Below, piece after piece: positions 1 to 14,305 of a DNA stretch of 64,000 nucleotides. The notes under the pieces were generated by a model. The model was not told where the DNA came from, made no database searches, and was given only the letters and a program-made list of their open reading frames with translations. Location: NCBI RefSeq assembly GCF_009914755.1, contig NC_060930.1. The stretch is one strand, 5' to 3'. A program made the position numbers and the translations under genes. The stretch's first letter is position 1; every line of letters starts with the position of its first letter. The DNA comes from the human T2T-CHM13v2.0 reference genome, Homo sapiens.

Positions 1-1054
1 GGAACTCTGACCTTGAGGGGCACCAATCTGATACCAGTAAGATCACTCCAGTGTAGGGTGTCTGACAACCCCTGTTGGAGGGTCTCACCTAGTTGGGTGG
101 CACAGGGAACAGGACCCATTTAATGAAGTACTTTGCCCCTTGTTGGAGGGGGTGTGCTTCCCTGGGGGGAAACCCACTCATCTGGGCTGCCTGGATTCCT
201 CAGAACTACCAGGAAGAGAGGCTAAGTTGGCTGGTCTACAGAGACTGCGGCCACCCCTCCTCCTAGGGGATCAGGCCCAGGTAGATCCAGAGTCTGTCCC
301 TGAGCCTCTGGCTGGTGTTACTGGCTCTCCTGCAGGGAAGCCCTGCCCAGTGAGGAAGGATGGGTCAGGGTAAGACCTGAAGAGGTGCTCTGGCTGTAGA
401 CTGCCACAGCCGGTGTGTTGGGCTGTGGGGACAAGTCTTGGGACCAAATCTAGCCTCCCTGGCTCTAGCAGTGGAGAAGTGCAGACTGGATCTATGGAGA
501 TGGCTGCCACCCTTCCCCCACCTAGAGATCTTAGTGAGTTACGCAGTTGCGAGTCCCAGTGCTGGCTGCTGCCCTTCCTCCAAGGAGCTAAAACTGCTTA
601 GACAGCAGGCAGCTGCAGCTGTGGTGCTGGTCACCCCTCTCCCCAGGAGCTGGGTAGGCTTAAGTAGATTCCAGCTGAGAGGCTGAGGGAATCTGCATGT
701 TCTAGGGTTGGGATGCTAGGCCCTGGTGGCGTGGGTTCGTGAGTGGGATCTTCCAATCTGTGGGTTGCACAGTTCCATGGAAGAAGCACAGTTTCCCTGG
801 CTGTGTAGCGTGCTCACTCACCACCTCCCTTGGCTGGGGGGAGGGGGTACTCCTACCCCATGTGGTTCTCAGGTGGGCCGACGCACCACACTGTTCTTCC
901 TTCTCTCTGTGGGTCGTACCAGCCTTCTAGTCAATTTTGAAGAGGGAACCTGGATACTTTGTTTGGTGATGAGGGATTCACACCCTTATAGCTTTTTTTT
1001 GATGGGAGCCTCTGAATGCCACTGCTTCCAGTTGGCCATCTTGGCCCTGCCCCC
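1..1054 (-). mobile_element. L1 (older primate L1PA/L1P-type) 5' UTR; element continues off the left edge
   Basis: Reverse complement begins GGGGGCAGGGCCAAGATGGCCAACTGGAAGCAG, the typical L1 5' terminus; GC-rich UTR-like body. Confidence 0.85.
1034..1043 (-). promoter_or_regulatory. YY1 site of the L1 internal promoter
   Basis: CAAGATGGCC on the minus strand, ~11-20 nt from the L1 5' end, the known position of the L1 YY1 site. Confidence 0.7.
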
Positions 1055-1059
1055 GTGGT

Positions 1060-1707
1060 GGTTTCTTATAATCCTTTTTATTTCTGTGTTGTTAGTTGTA
1101 ATGTCTCCCTTTTTATCTCTGATTTTATTTATTTGAGTCTTCTCTTTTGTTTCTTAGTCTGGCTAAGGGTTTGTCAATTTTGTTAATTTTTTTCAAAAAA
1201 ACAACTATGTTTTGTTGATCTTTTATATTATCTTTTTAGCATCTGTTTTATTTATTTGTGCTCTGATCTTTATTATTTCTTTCCTTATAGTAATTTTGGG
1301 TTTAGTTTGTTTATCTAGTTCTTTGAGATGAATTGTTAGGTTGTTTATGTGAAATCTTTCTTCGTTTTTGATGTAGGGCATTTTTTGCAGTAAACTCCTC
1401 TCTAAGGACGGCTTTGCCGAATCCTATAAGTTCTGGTATGCTGTGTTTCCATTTTCAATGATCTCAAAAAATTTTTAAATTTATTCAGTGACCCATTGAT
1501 TGTTTAGGAGTATGTTAGTTAATCTCCATGTATTTGTATAATTTTCAAAGTTCTTCCTGTTGTTGATTTCTAGTTTTATTCTATTATGGTCAAAAAGATA
1601 CTTAATATATATATATTTTTAATTTGTTAAGACTTGTGACCTAACAACATATGATCTATCCTGGAGAATATTCTATGTGCAGATGAGAAAAATGTGAATT
1701 CTACAAC
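1060..1707 (-). mobile_element. Old L1 (L1MA/L1PB-like) ORF2 fragment
   Basis: T-rich antisense ORF2 sequence (ggtttgtcaattttgtt..., tgatctatcctggagaatattctatgtgc...gagaaaaatgtg). Confidence 0.8.
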
Positions 1708-1830
1708 CATAGGCAAAAAAACAAAAAACAGAGACCAAAAAGCTTGACCTAAGCCTCGTATTTTATATTTAAAAAATTTTTTAAAAAGGATCATAGGCTT
1801 AAATGAAAATGTAAAATCGTAAAACTTTTA

Positions 1831-2176
<346 letters not shown>

Positions 2177-2413
2177 TTAGGATTTAGGGTTAGGCAAAGT
2201 GTTCTTATACCTGAGACCAAACATAATTCATAAAAAGAAGAGTAGATAAATTAGACTTCATCAAAATTAGAAATTTTGCCTGCAAAAGTCTCTCTTATGA
2301 TGAAAAGACAGGTTTCAGACTGGGGGAAATACTTGCAAACCACATGTTCAACAAATGACTATGTCTAGACTAGCTCTTCAGGGCTGGGGTATATAAATAA
2401 ATCTCAAAACTCA

Positions 2414-2585
<172 letters not shown>

Positions 2586-3139
2586 CTCAACAGTAATAAA
2601 CATTTCGATTAGAAAATGGGCAAAAGACATGAAGAGATATGAATAAATATTTCATCAGGCAGGATTACAGATGGAAAATCACCTGAAATTATGTTCAACA
2701 TCACCAGCCATTATGGAAACCAAAATTAAAACCTGTTAGAAAGGCTAAAATAAATAAAATAAAAGAAAATAAAAGGCTAACATTAAATGCTAGCTAAGGT
2801 ATGGAGAAACTGGATCTCTCATACAGTAGGAATGTAATGGTGCAGCCACTCTGAAAAAGTTGGGCAGTTTCTTAAAACCCTAAGCATGCAACTGCTATAT
2901 GATTGAGTGATTGCTGTCCTGGGCATTTATCCCAGAGAAATGAAAACTTACCTTCACAAAACATTGTGAATTTCTTTAAGCAATTGTTTATAGAATCTTT
3001 ATTCATAATATCCTGAAACTGACAATAACCCATATATCCTTCAATGGGTGAATTGTTCAACAAACTATGGTACATTGATGCCACAAAATATTTCTCAGGA
3101 ATAAAAAGAACTATGAAAAGAACATGAAACACACTATTA

Positions 3140-3467
<328 letters not shown>

Positions 3468-5288
3468 ACTTGAATAAATTTCTAGAGAATTATACTGAAA
3501 GGGAAAAAAGTCAATCTCAAAAGGTTTCACACACTGTATTATTCCATGTATATAATATCCTTGTAATGACAAAAATTATAGAGATGGAGAACAGATTAGT
3601 ATTTGTAGGAGTTAGGAAGAGGATGGGGATGGGAGGGCGATGGAATGGCTATAAAAGGCTAACACGAGGGATCCTTGTGGTGATGAAAGTATTCTATATC
3701 TTGAGAGTGTCAAATTGCCTTCCATAAAGAGTATTCCAGTTTATATGCCTGCCAATATTGTAATGAATATGCCAAATATTCCCATGTCCTAGCCCCCCAC
3801 CCAATGTATTGTATCACACTTTATGACTTTTGACAGCCAGATCACTGGTGGTGGTATTGTTTCCACGTGTATTTTACGTGATCTGTGAATATCACTTAAA
3901 CATTTTTTTCTCATGTTTAAAAGTCATTTGTGTTTCTTTTTCTCTGAACTGCCTACAGATTTTGAGCTCACAGGGAAGCTCCCTGTCAAGATACTGGTTT
4001 CCTTAAATGGTCTCACCCACTGCCACCCCCTCTCCCTCCATACACACATATATCTTCTCTTTCTCATTAGGATAGTTCTTGATTTTATAATTAAGTTTTA
4101 CCTCTGGTGCCTCTTGGAATCTCGAAGCAAGTGGTATACTTTCTTGCCAAAGAGTGGATTATTGAGAATAAATAGCTCGACCCTATTTATTTTTCTATGT
4201 CACACCTATTGAATTCTATAATACTACAATCCCACAAGAATTATCAGGACATATTTCTTTTGCATTCCCACTCTGCTTCTATTTTGAAGTTAGTTTAATT
4301 TACCATTTTTCTGTAGTGGGTGTTAAGCTCTTTGAGGTGGATGACCCTGTCTTTTCATCTCCTGCTCTCACTGCCTTGCACACAGGGCCTGCGTCTTGGA
4401 AGCCCTCGGTTGATATTAGTCCACTAGTGACTTTCCTGCAACACTCATCCTTGGGAGAGACCTTGAGATGTGTTTAGCTGACATTAGGAAGCCACAGCTT
4501 TGGGAGTGGCTAGCTTCTGTTTCTGTCCTGGCAAACTATTTCTAGGATAAAGATTTAGAGAGTCGTGGAAGTTGCTTCACAAAATGAATGGAAGTTTTGT
4601 TGGTTTGGTCACTTCTGATGTCTTTCTAGTCCCATTTGGTTGCTGTCCATTGTCCTCAGGCTGTCTTCTCTCTCTTGAAAACCTGCTGTTAGCAAAGGAC
4701 TTGATAAGTTCATTCACACTGAAGTGCAACTGACTGATAACAGGTTAGATGAAGAGTTTGCATGGTAACCTATTCAAAACCTGAAGCTGAGCAATGAAGC
4801 TGTAATGCTGATATTTCATGATATAGATGGCAAGTGTGAGAGTTAAGTGTTCGGCCGAGCAAAAGTCTTACATTCTAGAAATCTGAACATGGAGATAGCA
4901 TGAATTTTCTCTACTCCTGCATGAGACCCTGGTCCCTCTTTTGGACTGTGGAGGAAGTGAACTTCTAAGCAAGCTAAGCAGATGTAGCAGTGGTGCACAG
5001 GGTCTATTTATGCATTCTGGTCCACATCATAATAGATGCACCAAGGAAGGTGGTAATAGTTCATTTTAAAAACTCTCCTGTTTTATTATACTAATTGATG
5101 CAACTGATGATGTTTCTCTTCCTTAATAATAGTGACATTCATTTAATATCTCCATATTAACTAGTAGGTTCCAACTTATACTAACAGCATTTTTAGAAAA
5201 ATCTATTAAAATTAAGAAAGGCTCAAGGAAAACAAAAAGAATAATTCCATTAAAAAATAGAGCTTATTGTTGTAGACATTAATGGACT

Positions 5289-5643
5289 ATCTTAGTCCAT
5301 TAGGACTACTATAACAAAATGCCATAGACTAGGTGGCTTATAAACAACAGAAATTTGTTTTTCATAGTTGGGCTGGGAAGTCCAAGATCAAGGCACTGGC
5401 AGATTTGGTGTCTGGTGAGGGCCGGCTTCCTGGTTTATAGATGGTGCCTTCTTTCTGTGTCTTCACATGGAAGGGAGTGGCTAGCCCTCTAGGGCCTCTT
5501 TTATAAGGGCACTGATCTCATTATGAGGGCTTCACCCACATAACCTAACCACCTCCCAAAGGCCCCACCTCCTCATGCCATCATCTTGGAGGTTAAGATT
5601 TCAATGTGTGAATTTTGGAGGACCATAAACACTCAGTTCACTG
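5289..5643 (-). mobile_element. MLT1A-type MaLR solo LTR
   Basis: cttagtccattaggactactataacaaaatgccatagact...aagtccaagatcaagg...aaggccccacctcct. Confidence 0.9.
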
Positions 5644-7492
5644 CTTGAACTATCATTTCCCTCTTTCTCTTTCTATTTTCATGTAGCTATTCCCTTTATT
5701 ACAAATGCAATCTTCCTTTCTGCCACTGACATCTCTTAGCTTTAATTGATTTTCTTGACAGCGTTTTCCTATTCTGGTTCTTCTTCCGTTGTGCCATTTT
5801 CCAGATACAATCCTGTATTTATTTACACAGCTTTTTTTTAAAGCCCTTCATAAAAATTCCAGCAATTGTTTCTTGCTCTCTGCCTCTTCCAGAGAAATTG
5901 TAATTTGCAAAGGCTTAATTAGGATCTCTTAGGATTCTCCACACTTTAGGATTTTAATATGTACTATTAGCACATGGTAGTCCTCAGGTTTCTTAGCTCT
6001 TCCAAATTTTCTTCCCCAAATCTGTATAGTCGTGGTTTCTTAAAACATTTCTTTCTAAAAGAAGTCTGAAAGAAAACCAGATAAACATTATTATTACATC
6101 AAAGTTGCAAGCTGTTTCCGCACCACCATTTAGAATTGTTCTTTTAAGTTTTTAAAAAGCAAATGCTGAAATTCATTTGAATGCTGTGTTCATAATAAGA
6201 AACCATTTTAATGATCACATATGTTGTTGTTTTAAGGGCTCATTTTATAATTGAAAGAATACACTCTAGACTAGACTGTCTTGGGGATTTGATTCATGCA
6301 ATTCCTTCTTCATTATGTACTGAGCTGTTTATTAATCAGCCTGGCTCCACAGTCTGTTTTTATTCACTTTGATTTCTTTTGTGTTTAAAGTTCAGGGTTT
6401 ACATTTTCAGTACTAAAAATGAAGATGACTGCTGCTTTTAGTTGTTTGTTTGTTTATTATGCCAACTAGATTTCTAAACATTTCCAGGCTGCAAAGGGAA
6501 AAAAGAAACAACAAAAAAGATGGGAGGAATATCCTGTCAACACATTTGCTTATTATATCTGGAGCCCTTGGAATGAGCCAATTAGTCCTAACGTTCAATT
6601 TGAGATTGTATTGCAAAGGCATTTGTTTTGCAGCATGGATTTTTTTTTTAAGTTAGGAGCAAATAGGACCAATTATGTGCTTTGATTCAGAGAGTTTTCC
6701 ACCCACCGCCTTCACCCAATTGTACCTCACTCCCTACTGTTGGACTTAAGCGCTTCTCAGTCTTTAGGAGTCTCCTGTAATGTGAATGATAAGTAGCGGA
6801 TACACATTTTAGTCCAAAAGTCCAAAATGCTAAGATGCAAAAAAACCTCACCGTATTTCTTTCTTTAATGCAATTAATTTCCAGTTAATCCTGCTCCACA
6901 GACAGATTCATTAGTGGGTCTCCCTCATGCTGCATAAAAATTTAGGAGAGGGTGCTTCAGCACTGCAGAACATTTAGGGAAGTGTCCTCTGTTCCAGTCT
7001 ACATTGATCACCTGGAAGAGGAAAGTATACATATAGTGGTGATAACCTACAAATCACATTTGTCAGTTTACTTGAAGAGCAAACAGGCTTTCAGATTAAC
7101 CAACCTTGGGGAAGTCTTGTGATTCATGATGACACCCAGTTCCTGAGTAAAGAATCTTATATTGAGTGATACAAATTGTTGACGTACTGATTAATGTAAG
7201 ACCTACTGACAAAGAACAAAGGACGCAGATTTATTTCTGAGTCATGAGGTTTTACTGATTGTCACACAGGTAGACATTTTAGCACCTGTGTAGCAATCTG
7301 TAACCAATGATTGCAGTTTCTATATTATGCCCTCCAGTGGAAATGGACAACTGTAGAGTGAGGAGTCCTCCCTTCTAAACTCTCCTATGAAAGCCTGTCC
7401 AACTTATAACAGATTCTGGAATACTCCCACTTTTGTTGGTGTGTTTTCCTGGGCCCATCCTCACATTTGGGTTCCAATAAAACTTTATTAAT

Positions 7493-7532
7493 TTCCTTCC
7501 TTCCTTCCTTCCTTCCTTCCTTCCTTCCTTCC
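7493..7532. repeat. (TTCC)10 microsatellite
   Basis: Direct count. Confidence 0.98.
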
Positions 7533-7535
7533 TTC

Positions 7536-8278
7536 TGAAACAGGAGAGTTCCCTGACCCCCCTCACAGAATGTGCAACAGGGGTTTGGCTCATTTATTTG
7601 GACACCATGTGCTCAAAACCCTTACAGGAGGGGAAGCATGCAGGTGAGCAGGTGCAGGAGCCAAGGCGAGTGCTTTTGGGCTCCAGTCCCATGGCAGTGT
7701 TTAGGTGTATTACAATGTTCTTTTAGCCCTGCCGTCTGGGGATTGCTTGAGTGTTAAACAGTTCAGTGAAGAGTCAGTGTGACAGCCTTTTTGGATTCCT
7801 GCACCTAGTGCGTCCCAAATTCTAGTCCAATGTCCAGGAAGAATCAGGTCACAAGGGCTTGAAGGATGGAGAATGTAGGGATTTTATTGAGTGATGTAGG
7901 TGGCTCTCAGCAGGATAGGGAGCTGGAGAGGGGATGGAGTGGGAAGATAATCTTCTCCTGGAGTTCAGCCATCCCACAGCCGATCTCTTCTCTGACCACC
8001 CCTAGCCGAACTCCTCTGGATGTTCAGATGCTTCCTCTCTTTTCTCCTTCTGTGTCGTACCACTCTGCTGCTCTTTTCCTCACGAATCCTGGGGTTTAGG
8101 GGTTTATATGGACACAGGATGGGAGGTGGGGGCATGGCGGGCCAAAAGGCAACATTTGGGCATGAAAACAGGAATGCCTGTTCTTATTTAGGGCCTCGGG
8201 TTCTCAGGCTTGAGGGTGGGGCCTTTGCAGGGGAACAGCCCTCTTCTACCCAGTATTTCCCTGCCTTCTGTTCATTTC
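7536..8278 (-). mobile_element. MER52/LTR1-group ERV1 LTR (internally shortened)
   Basis: tgaaacaggagagttccctgacccc at one end; reverse complement ggcagggaaatactgggtagaagagggc...aaaggccccaccctcaagcctg at the other. Confidence 0.8.
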
Positions 8279-8397
8279 CCTCCCTCCCTCCTTTCTTTCT
8301 TTCCTTCCTTCTTTCCTTCTTTCCTTTCTTCCTTCCTTCCTTCCTTCCTTCCTTCCTTCCTTCCTTCCTTCCTTCCTTCCTTCCTTTTCTCTCTCTT
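8279..8397. repeat. Pyrimidine tract including (TTCC)14 at 8329-8384
   Basis: Direct count; occupies the tail position of the adjacent minus-strand Alu. Confidence 0.95.
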
Positions 8398-8776
<379 letters not shown>

Positions 8777-9867
8777 TAGCTGCTTTGGCTAATGTTTTGT
8801 TTCTTTGTGAATGGACACAGGAATGAAGAGAATCTGAACTAAGATGGGGTGAAAGTAGGAAATCATTCCCCCATGTCAAGTGCAAGGGCTATCCAGTTAG
8901 AGGCCAACACAGATGTCTGATCAAAGGTAAAAGTCTTTGTGTGCTTGCAACAAGGGAAGTTGTCTAATAAGGTCTGAAGACAGAAAGTCCTGTGGTTGTG
9001 TCCTGCCCTTCTCCTGCCACACTGGGCCTGCCTTCAGCAGCAATGTCCCTTGGTGGTTGTCCGCCCTCTGCCACCTGCCTTCATTTACTCTTGCAGTGGG
9101 GTTTATTTACTCTCACTATCATTTGGATATACAAAGAAATTTTAATTCCCTTATTTTTCAGACATCAACCTGACCTTCCTTATCAGCACTTGGTAATGAT
9201 GGTGCTGACAGGTAACACAGTACAATCCAGTTAAACCCTTCATCTGATTCAATCGTTTAACTTTTTTTTGAGGTTTAATTTAGGATTTTATTATATTTTA
9301 CCAGTCTTTTAGATTCCACTCTGCTGCTTTCCAGTATGGTGCAGAGGGAATATAGTTCCTGAGGAGAGGTGCCCATGACTGCCAGGTTTTGGAGGAAGGG
9401 GTGGCCTAGCCTCATATTGGTTCTTGGGGCATTCTGGCTGGCATCTGCTGAGGGATGTTTGGTGTGCCCCTATCCCTGGTCATTCTATGGTATCCACCCA
9501 TGACAACTGTGGCTGCTAATCTCATGGTCTATTGTTTCTCAGACTTGGTCAGGGCCTGGCCAGCTTGCCCCAAACATTTGCAAGGCTGGGGGCAAGGCTG
9601 CTATGATATATGAATACCTAAAAGTTAGCAATCAAGCTGACACACTTTTAAATATGTTCCATTCCTTTACCTTGACAAATATATCTTTATAATGACAAAA
9701 TTGAAAAATATGTTTAAAACTATAGCTTTTGTAAATTGGAAAGTCAGTAAAATATTGACAAATTTATTTATAATTATACATCTGAGTGTTCTGTTGATGG
9801 GTTGATGATATTTACATGACATACAATGAATACATAATTCAATGAATTTTGTTATATATTTCATTGA

Positions 9868-10093
9868 TTTATTTTTCTTGATTTCATTTTAGCACAATCA
9901 TTAATTACATTTTTATGATCAAGATTTTCATAATTTGGTTCCATTCATAGTAATGCCAAATGAGATAACATTTCCTGAATCATTATACTTTGTATATATT
10001 TTCCCTTAGTTTCAATCTGGAGAAATCTTGCTTTGCAGAATGTTTAGCAAACAGAATTGTCAATAAAAATTTTAAAGCAATATTTGATTTGGA
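9868..10093 (-). pseudogene. Decayed hAT transposase C-terminal dimerisation domain
   Basis: Manual translation with frameshift/stops: KSNIALKFLLTILFAKHSAKQDFSRLKL...MIQEMLSHLALL*ME.NYENLD..NVINDCAKMKSRK, matching the hAT motif PN..IALRILLT.P....AERSFSKLKL.K..LRSTM.QERL..LALL.IE....LD....I..FA..K.RK. Confidence 0.8.
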
Positions 10094-10688
10094 ATGAATC
10101 CATGACTTTTTTATGCATGTTGAAACATTGTAATGGAATTGTTGTATAATGATATAATAAAATTGTTGCTGAAGATATCATTATCAATTATTCAATTTCA
10201 TCTTATTAATATCATTACTTACACCATGAGTAAGGTGGTCATCACCAGGTCTTTTGTTCCATATAGTTTATCTTCAGTTTTTCTTCTTTCAACTTTTGAA
10301 TTCTTAGATAATTATATTTTTAAAAATGAAAATAGCTATGCTCTGCTCAAAATGTTCAGATCTCTCTTTAGTGAAAACTATGCCTTGATCCATAAGGGCC
10401 AAAAATGTTGCCTATAGAAATAGTTTGGAGATTATTTCTACATAAATCTTCTTCACAATCAAGCAGTTTTGTTTCCTTATTTTAATTTTATTTTTAATTG
10501 AAGTGTTACAATTTTCTACATTTCACATGCAGCCTGTTTCAATTTAGGCAAACTGTATTTTTCCAAAATTAAAAAAGTTTTGATCCTTTAAAAAATAAAA
10601 TAACCAAAGTTAAGTTTTTGTTTGTGCTAATATTTATAGCAAGCAACAGTTCCAACCACATTCCATGAACAGTGCAAATTAAAAATGA

Positions 10689-11012
<324 letters not shown>

Positions 11013-11619
11013 CAATTCATTCTTTATATGAGCATCTTCTCTTGAGCGTCTTGTGTTGATTTACTTAACATTGTATGTACTAAAGTCGTTGTAATATCAA
11101 AGTTAACATGTGTTTCACCAAGATTTTTTCCCTCCTTTAGGCCAATCTAGAAAATACTGTATACGAGCTATGATTTTTCTCGAGAATATCATTGCCATGA
11201 CACAGTTGAAGTCCTGCATCCCATGAGTCATACACATCTGTTGTGAATACTGATCTTGTCCTTGAGCTCCCCTGGGATTCCAAATTGGAACATAAAGAGA
11301 AGCAAGAAAATGGACATTTAGCACTTATAGGATAATTCTATTGTATTCCTGCTGAGAGAAAGAATTTCATACACCGAGTGCTTCTTCTGCTTGAAGCCCC
11401 TCTGCTTTGAAGTGGTGCGATCTCCCCTTTTAACCTCAGCAGTGGGGCCACCTCAACCCATAACAGCACTGAGAAGCAGTCATCTTGTTTTGAGATCACA
11501 AAGTATGTGAGGTGTATCCCTGGCATCTGGACGGTGCTAGTCACGAGAGTAGATGTTAGGTTGCGGGCATGCCATGCCAGCCCCGGGCACTGGATCACAA
11601 GCATTGGAGATGGCCATGT

Positions 11620-11931
11620 GTTTTTTTGTTTTGTTTTGTTTTGGTTTTTGAGACAGAGTCTCGCTGTGTCGCCCAGGCTGGAGTGCAATGGTGCGATCTC
11701 TGCTCACTGCAAGCTCTGCCTCCTGGGTTCACGCCAATCTCCTGCCTCAGCCTCCTGAGTAGCTGGGACTACAGGTGCCTGCCACCAGGCCCGGCTAATT
11801 TTTTTGCATTTTTAATAGCAACAGGGTTTCACCATGTTAGCCAGGATGGTCTCGATCTCCTGACCTCGTAATCCGCCCATCTCGGCCTCCCAAAGTGTTG
11901 GGATTACAGGCGTGAGCCACCGCGCCCGGCT
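11620..11931 (-). mobile_element. AluY-like
   Basis: gcaagctc..gggttcacgcca, ttagccaggatggtctcgatctcctgacctcgt; TSD ccatgtgtt. Confidence 0.92.
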
Positions 11932-12103
11932 GCCCATGTGTTCTTATCCCACAAAACCATCCACGTAGGCACTTGGCTTTTTATGACTCTGGGAGAGTGT
12001 CATTGGAAGAATTAGGTGGATTCACATGTTCCAGTTTTTCATTCCTACGTTCCGTATAAAATACGATTATATTTGCTTGGTTGTGTATACTATTTTTGAT
12101 AAT

Positions 12104-12463
12104 TACTTTATTTATTTATTTATTTATTTTACCTTAAGGTCTGGGATGCATGTGCAGAACGTGCAGGTTTGTTACACAGGTATACATGTGCCATAGTGTT
12201 TGCTGCACCTATCAACCCGTCATCTAGGTGTTAAGCCCCGCATGCATTAGGTATTTGTCCTAATGCTCTCCCTCCCCTTGCCCCCCTACCCCCCAACAGG
12301 CCCCAGTGTGTGATGTTCCCCTCCCTGTGTCCATGTGTTCTCATTGTTCAACTCCCACTTATTAATGAGAACATGCGGTGTTTGGCTTTCTGTTCCTGTG
12401 TTAGTTTGCTGAGAGTGATGGCTTCCAGCTTCATCCATGTCCCTGCAAAGGACATGAACTCAT
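12104..12463 (-). mobile_element. L1PA7/8-like 3' end, 5'-truncated
   Basis: (TTTA)n tail; ttaagccccgcatgcattaggtatttgtcctaatgc; short TSD tgataat. Confidence 0.9.
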
Positions 12464-13279
12464 GATAATAGTTTTATATGATTTCATTCTGAATATTTTA
12501 TTTTTATTCCTTATTTAACCAATGTATTCGCCCGAGTGTGTATGTGTGTGTGTGTGACATGCTGTGCCTGCTAAAATATGGGGCCTGAGGCACTTGACCT
12601 TGGGTGCCTCTTGTCCAGGTCTAAGGTCAGGACTGGGACCTGGGACCTTCCCCAGGGACTCAGCCTGCTCCTTCCCTTAAAGATGCTGCAGACCCTTCCA
12701 AGTGACTGATGTGTCCCAGGCTAGACACCCTGCAGCCTCACCTTTGGGCTCACCATATTCTCTGCCCCAATGGCTTCTCTGGCTCTCAATCCAGTGTGAA
12801 TTCCATATGGAAATCAGGGATGGCTCGGGTATGCAAACTAGACCATCCCTCTGCTTGGCCACAACATTCTTCCCTCCTAACTATGGTGGGACCACCCCAG
12901 TTGGTAAGCGTCACCCTCTACACAACAGCACCTGGTCCCCAGCATTCAAAAGGCCACCTATGCAGAAGTCTCGGGATGGCGATAGCAAGGCAAATATATC
13001 TTCTCTTTCCTCTCTTCTGTCTGATGTTCTCTTTCCACTGTCTCTCTGAGTAGCAAGGAATGGAATTTTGTTATTTTCCTAATAAAAAATGTTATGACCT
13101 ACTCAGTTGGCTTAGCCCTTGAAATGTTAAATATGAGCGCTAAAGAAATCTAGAAAATCTTTTTGTCCTCAAGAGTGCTATCCTTTTAGGCCGATTTTCT
13201 ACAGTTAAACTTCATATCTGTTGTCAGAAATGAAATAGTGATTCTTCATTCATTCCTCCATTCTCTGATTCTTTCTGTA

Positions 13280-13460
13280 GCAATGCTTCTCCAGCTCGAG
13301 AGCACATCATCACCTGGAGAGCTCATGAAAACAGATTGCTGGGCTTCATCCTCGAGTTTCTGATTCAGTAGGGCAGGGTGGGGACTAAGAATATTCATTT
13401 CTAATGAGTTCCAGTGGTGCTGATGTTTCCAGTCCAGGGATCACCGGTGGAGACCCATTA
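13280..13460. mobile_element. MER5A (hAT-Charlie MITE)
   Basis: atcacctggagagct...aaaacagattgctgggc...tttctgattcagtagg...catttctaa. Confidence 0.85.
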
Positions 13461-13858
13461 GTCTATGCCATCCTAGTCCCACCCGCCTGACACCTCATGC
13501 TCACCAGAAGGACACCTTGGGCTGACCAGAGAGGAGGGTTTCTGTGTGAGAAGGTAAGATAGAAAGGCACATTGAGTTTTACTTTTACCACTCTTAACAA
13601 ACTCACTGAAAAGCACCAGATCCAACTACCTGCTTATTTCAGTTGAGTATAGTTTAACAATATGAAATTTAAGAGAAACCATCCTTTCTGCTTTGCATCT
13701 GGGATCTGCCTGTTTCCAAGACACAGATACCTTCTTTGCTTAACTGAGATTTCTATTGACATGTTCTTTCACCATGATAATTTATCATACTGTAATTTTT
13801 TTTAATTTCAGTTTTTTTCTAGGTTTAATTTTAAATTATACTTAAGTGAAATTTAGCA

Positions 13859-14305
13859 CATAGCAAAGACATGGAATCAACCCAAATGCCCATCAATGAT
13901 AGACTGGATAAAGAAAATGTGGTACCTATACACCATGGAATATTACGCAGCCATAAAAAGGAATGAGATCATGTCCTTTGCAGGGACATAGAGGAATCTG
14001 GAAGCCATTATCCTCAACAAACTAATGCAGGAACAGAAAACCAAACACCACATGTTCTCATTTATAATTGGGAGCTGGACAATGAAAACACATGGACACA
14101 GGGAGGGGAACAACACATACTGGGGCCTGTTGGAGGTGGGGTGGGGAAGATGGGGAGGGAAAGCATCACGAAAAATAGCTAATGCATGCTGGGCTTAATA
14201 TCTAGGTGATGGGTTGATAGGTGCAGCAACCACCATGGCACATGTTTATTTACGTAACAAACCTGCACATCCTGCGCATTTAGCCTGGAACTTAAAATAA
14301 AACAA
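13859..14305 (+). mobile_element. L1PA8-10-like 3' end
   Basis: tagcaaagacatggaatcaacccaaatgccc...ggaacttaaaataaaa; TSD aaatttagca. Confidence 0.92.

Noticed and set aside
140-1136. Cluster of GC-rich ORFs that might suggest a gene or CpG island
   Set aside because: Antisense L1 5' UTR with depleted CpGs
10133-10417. Hydrophobic plus-strand ORF
   Set aside because: Antisense to the decayed hAT transposase; AT-rich chance ORF
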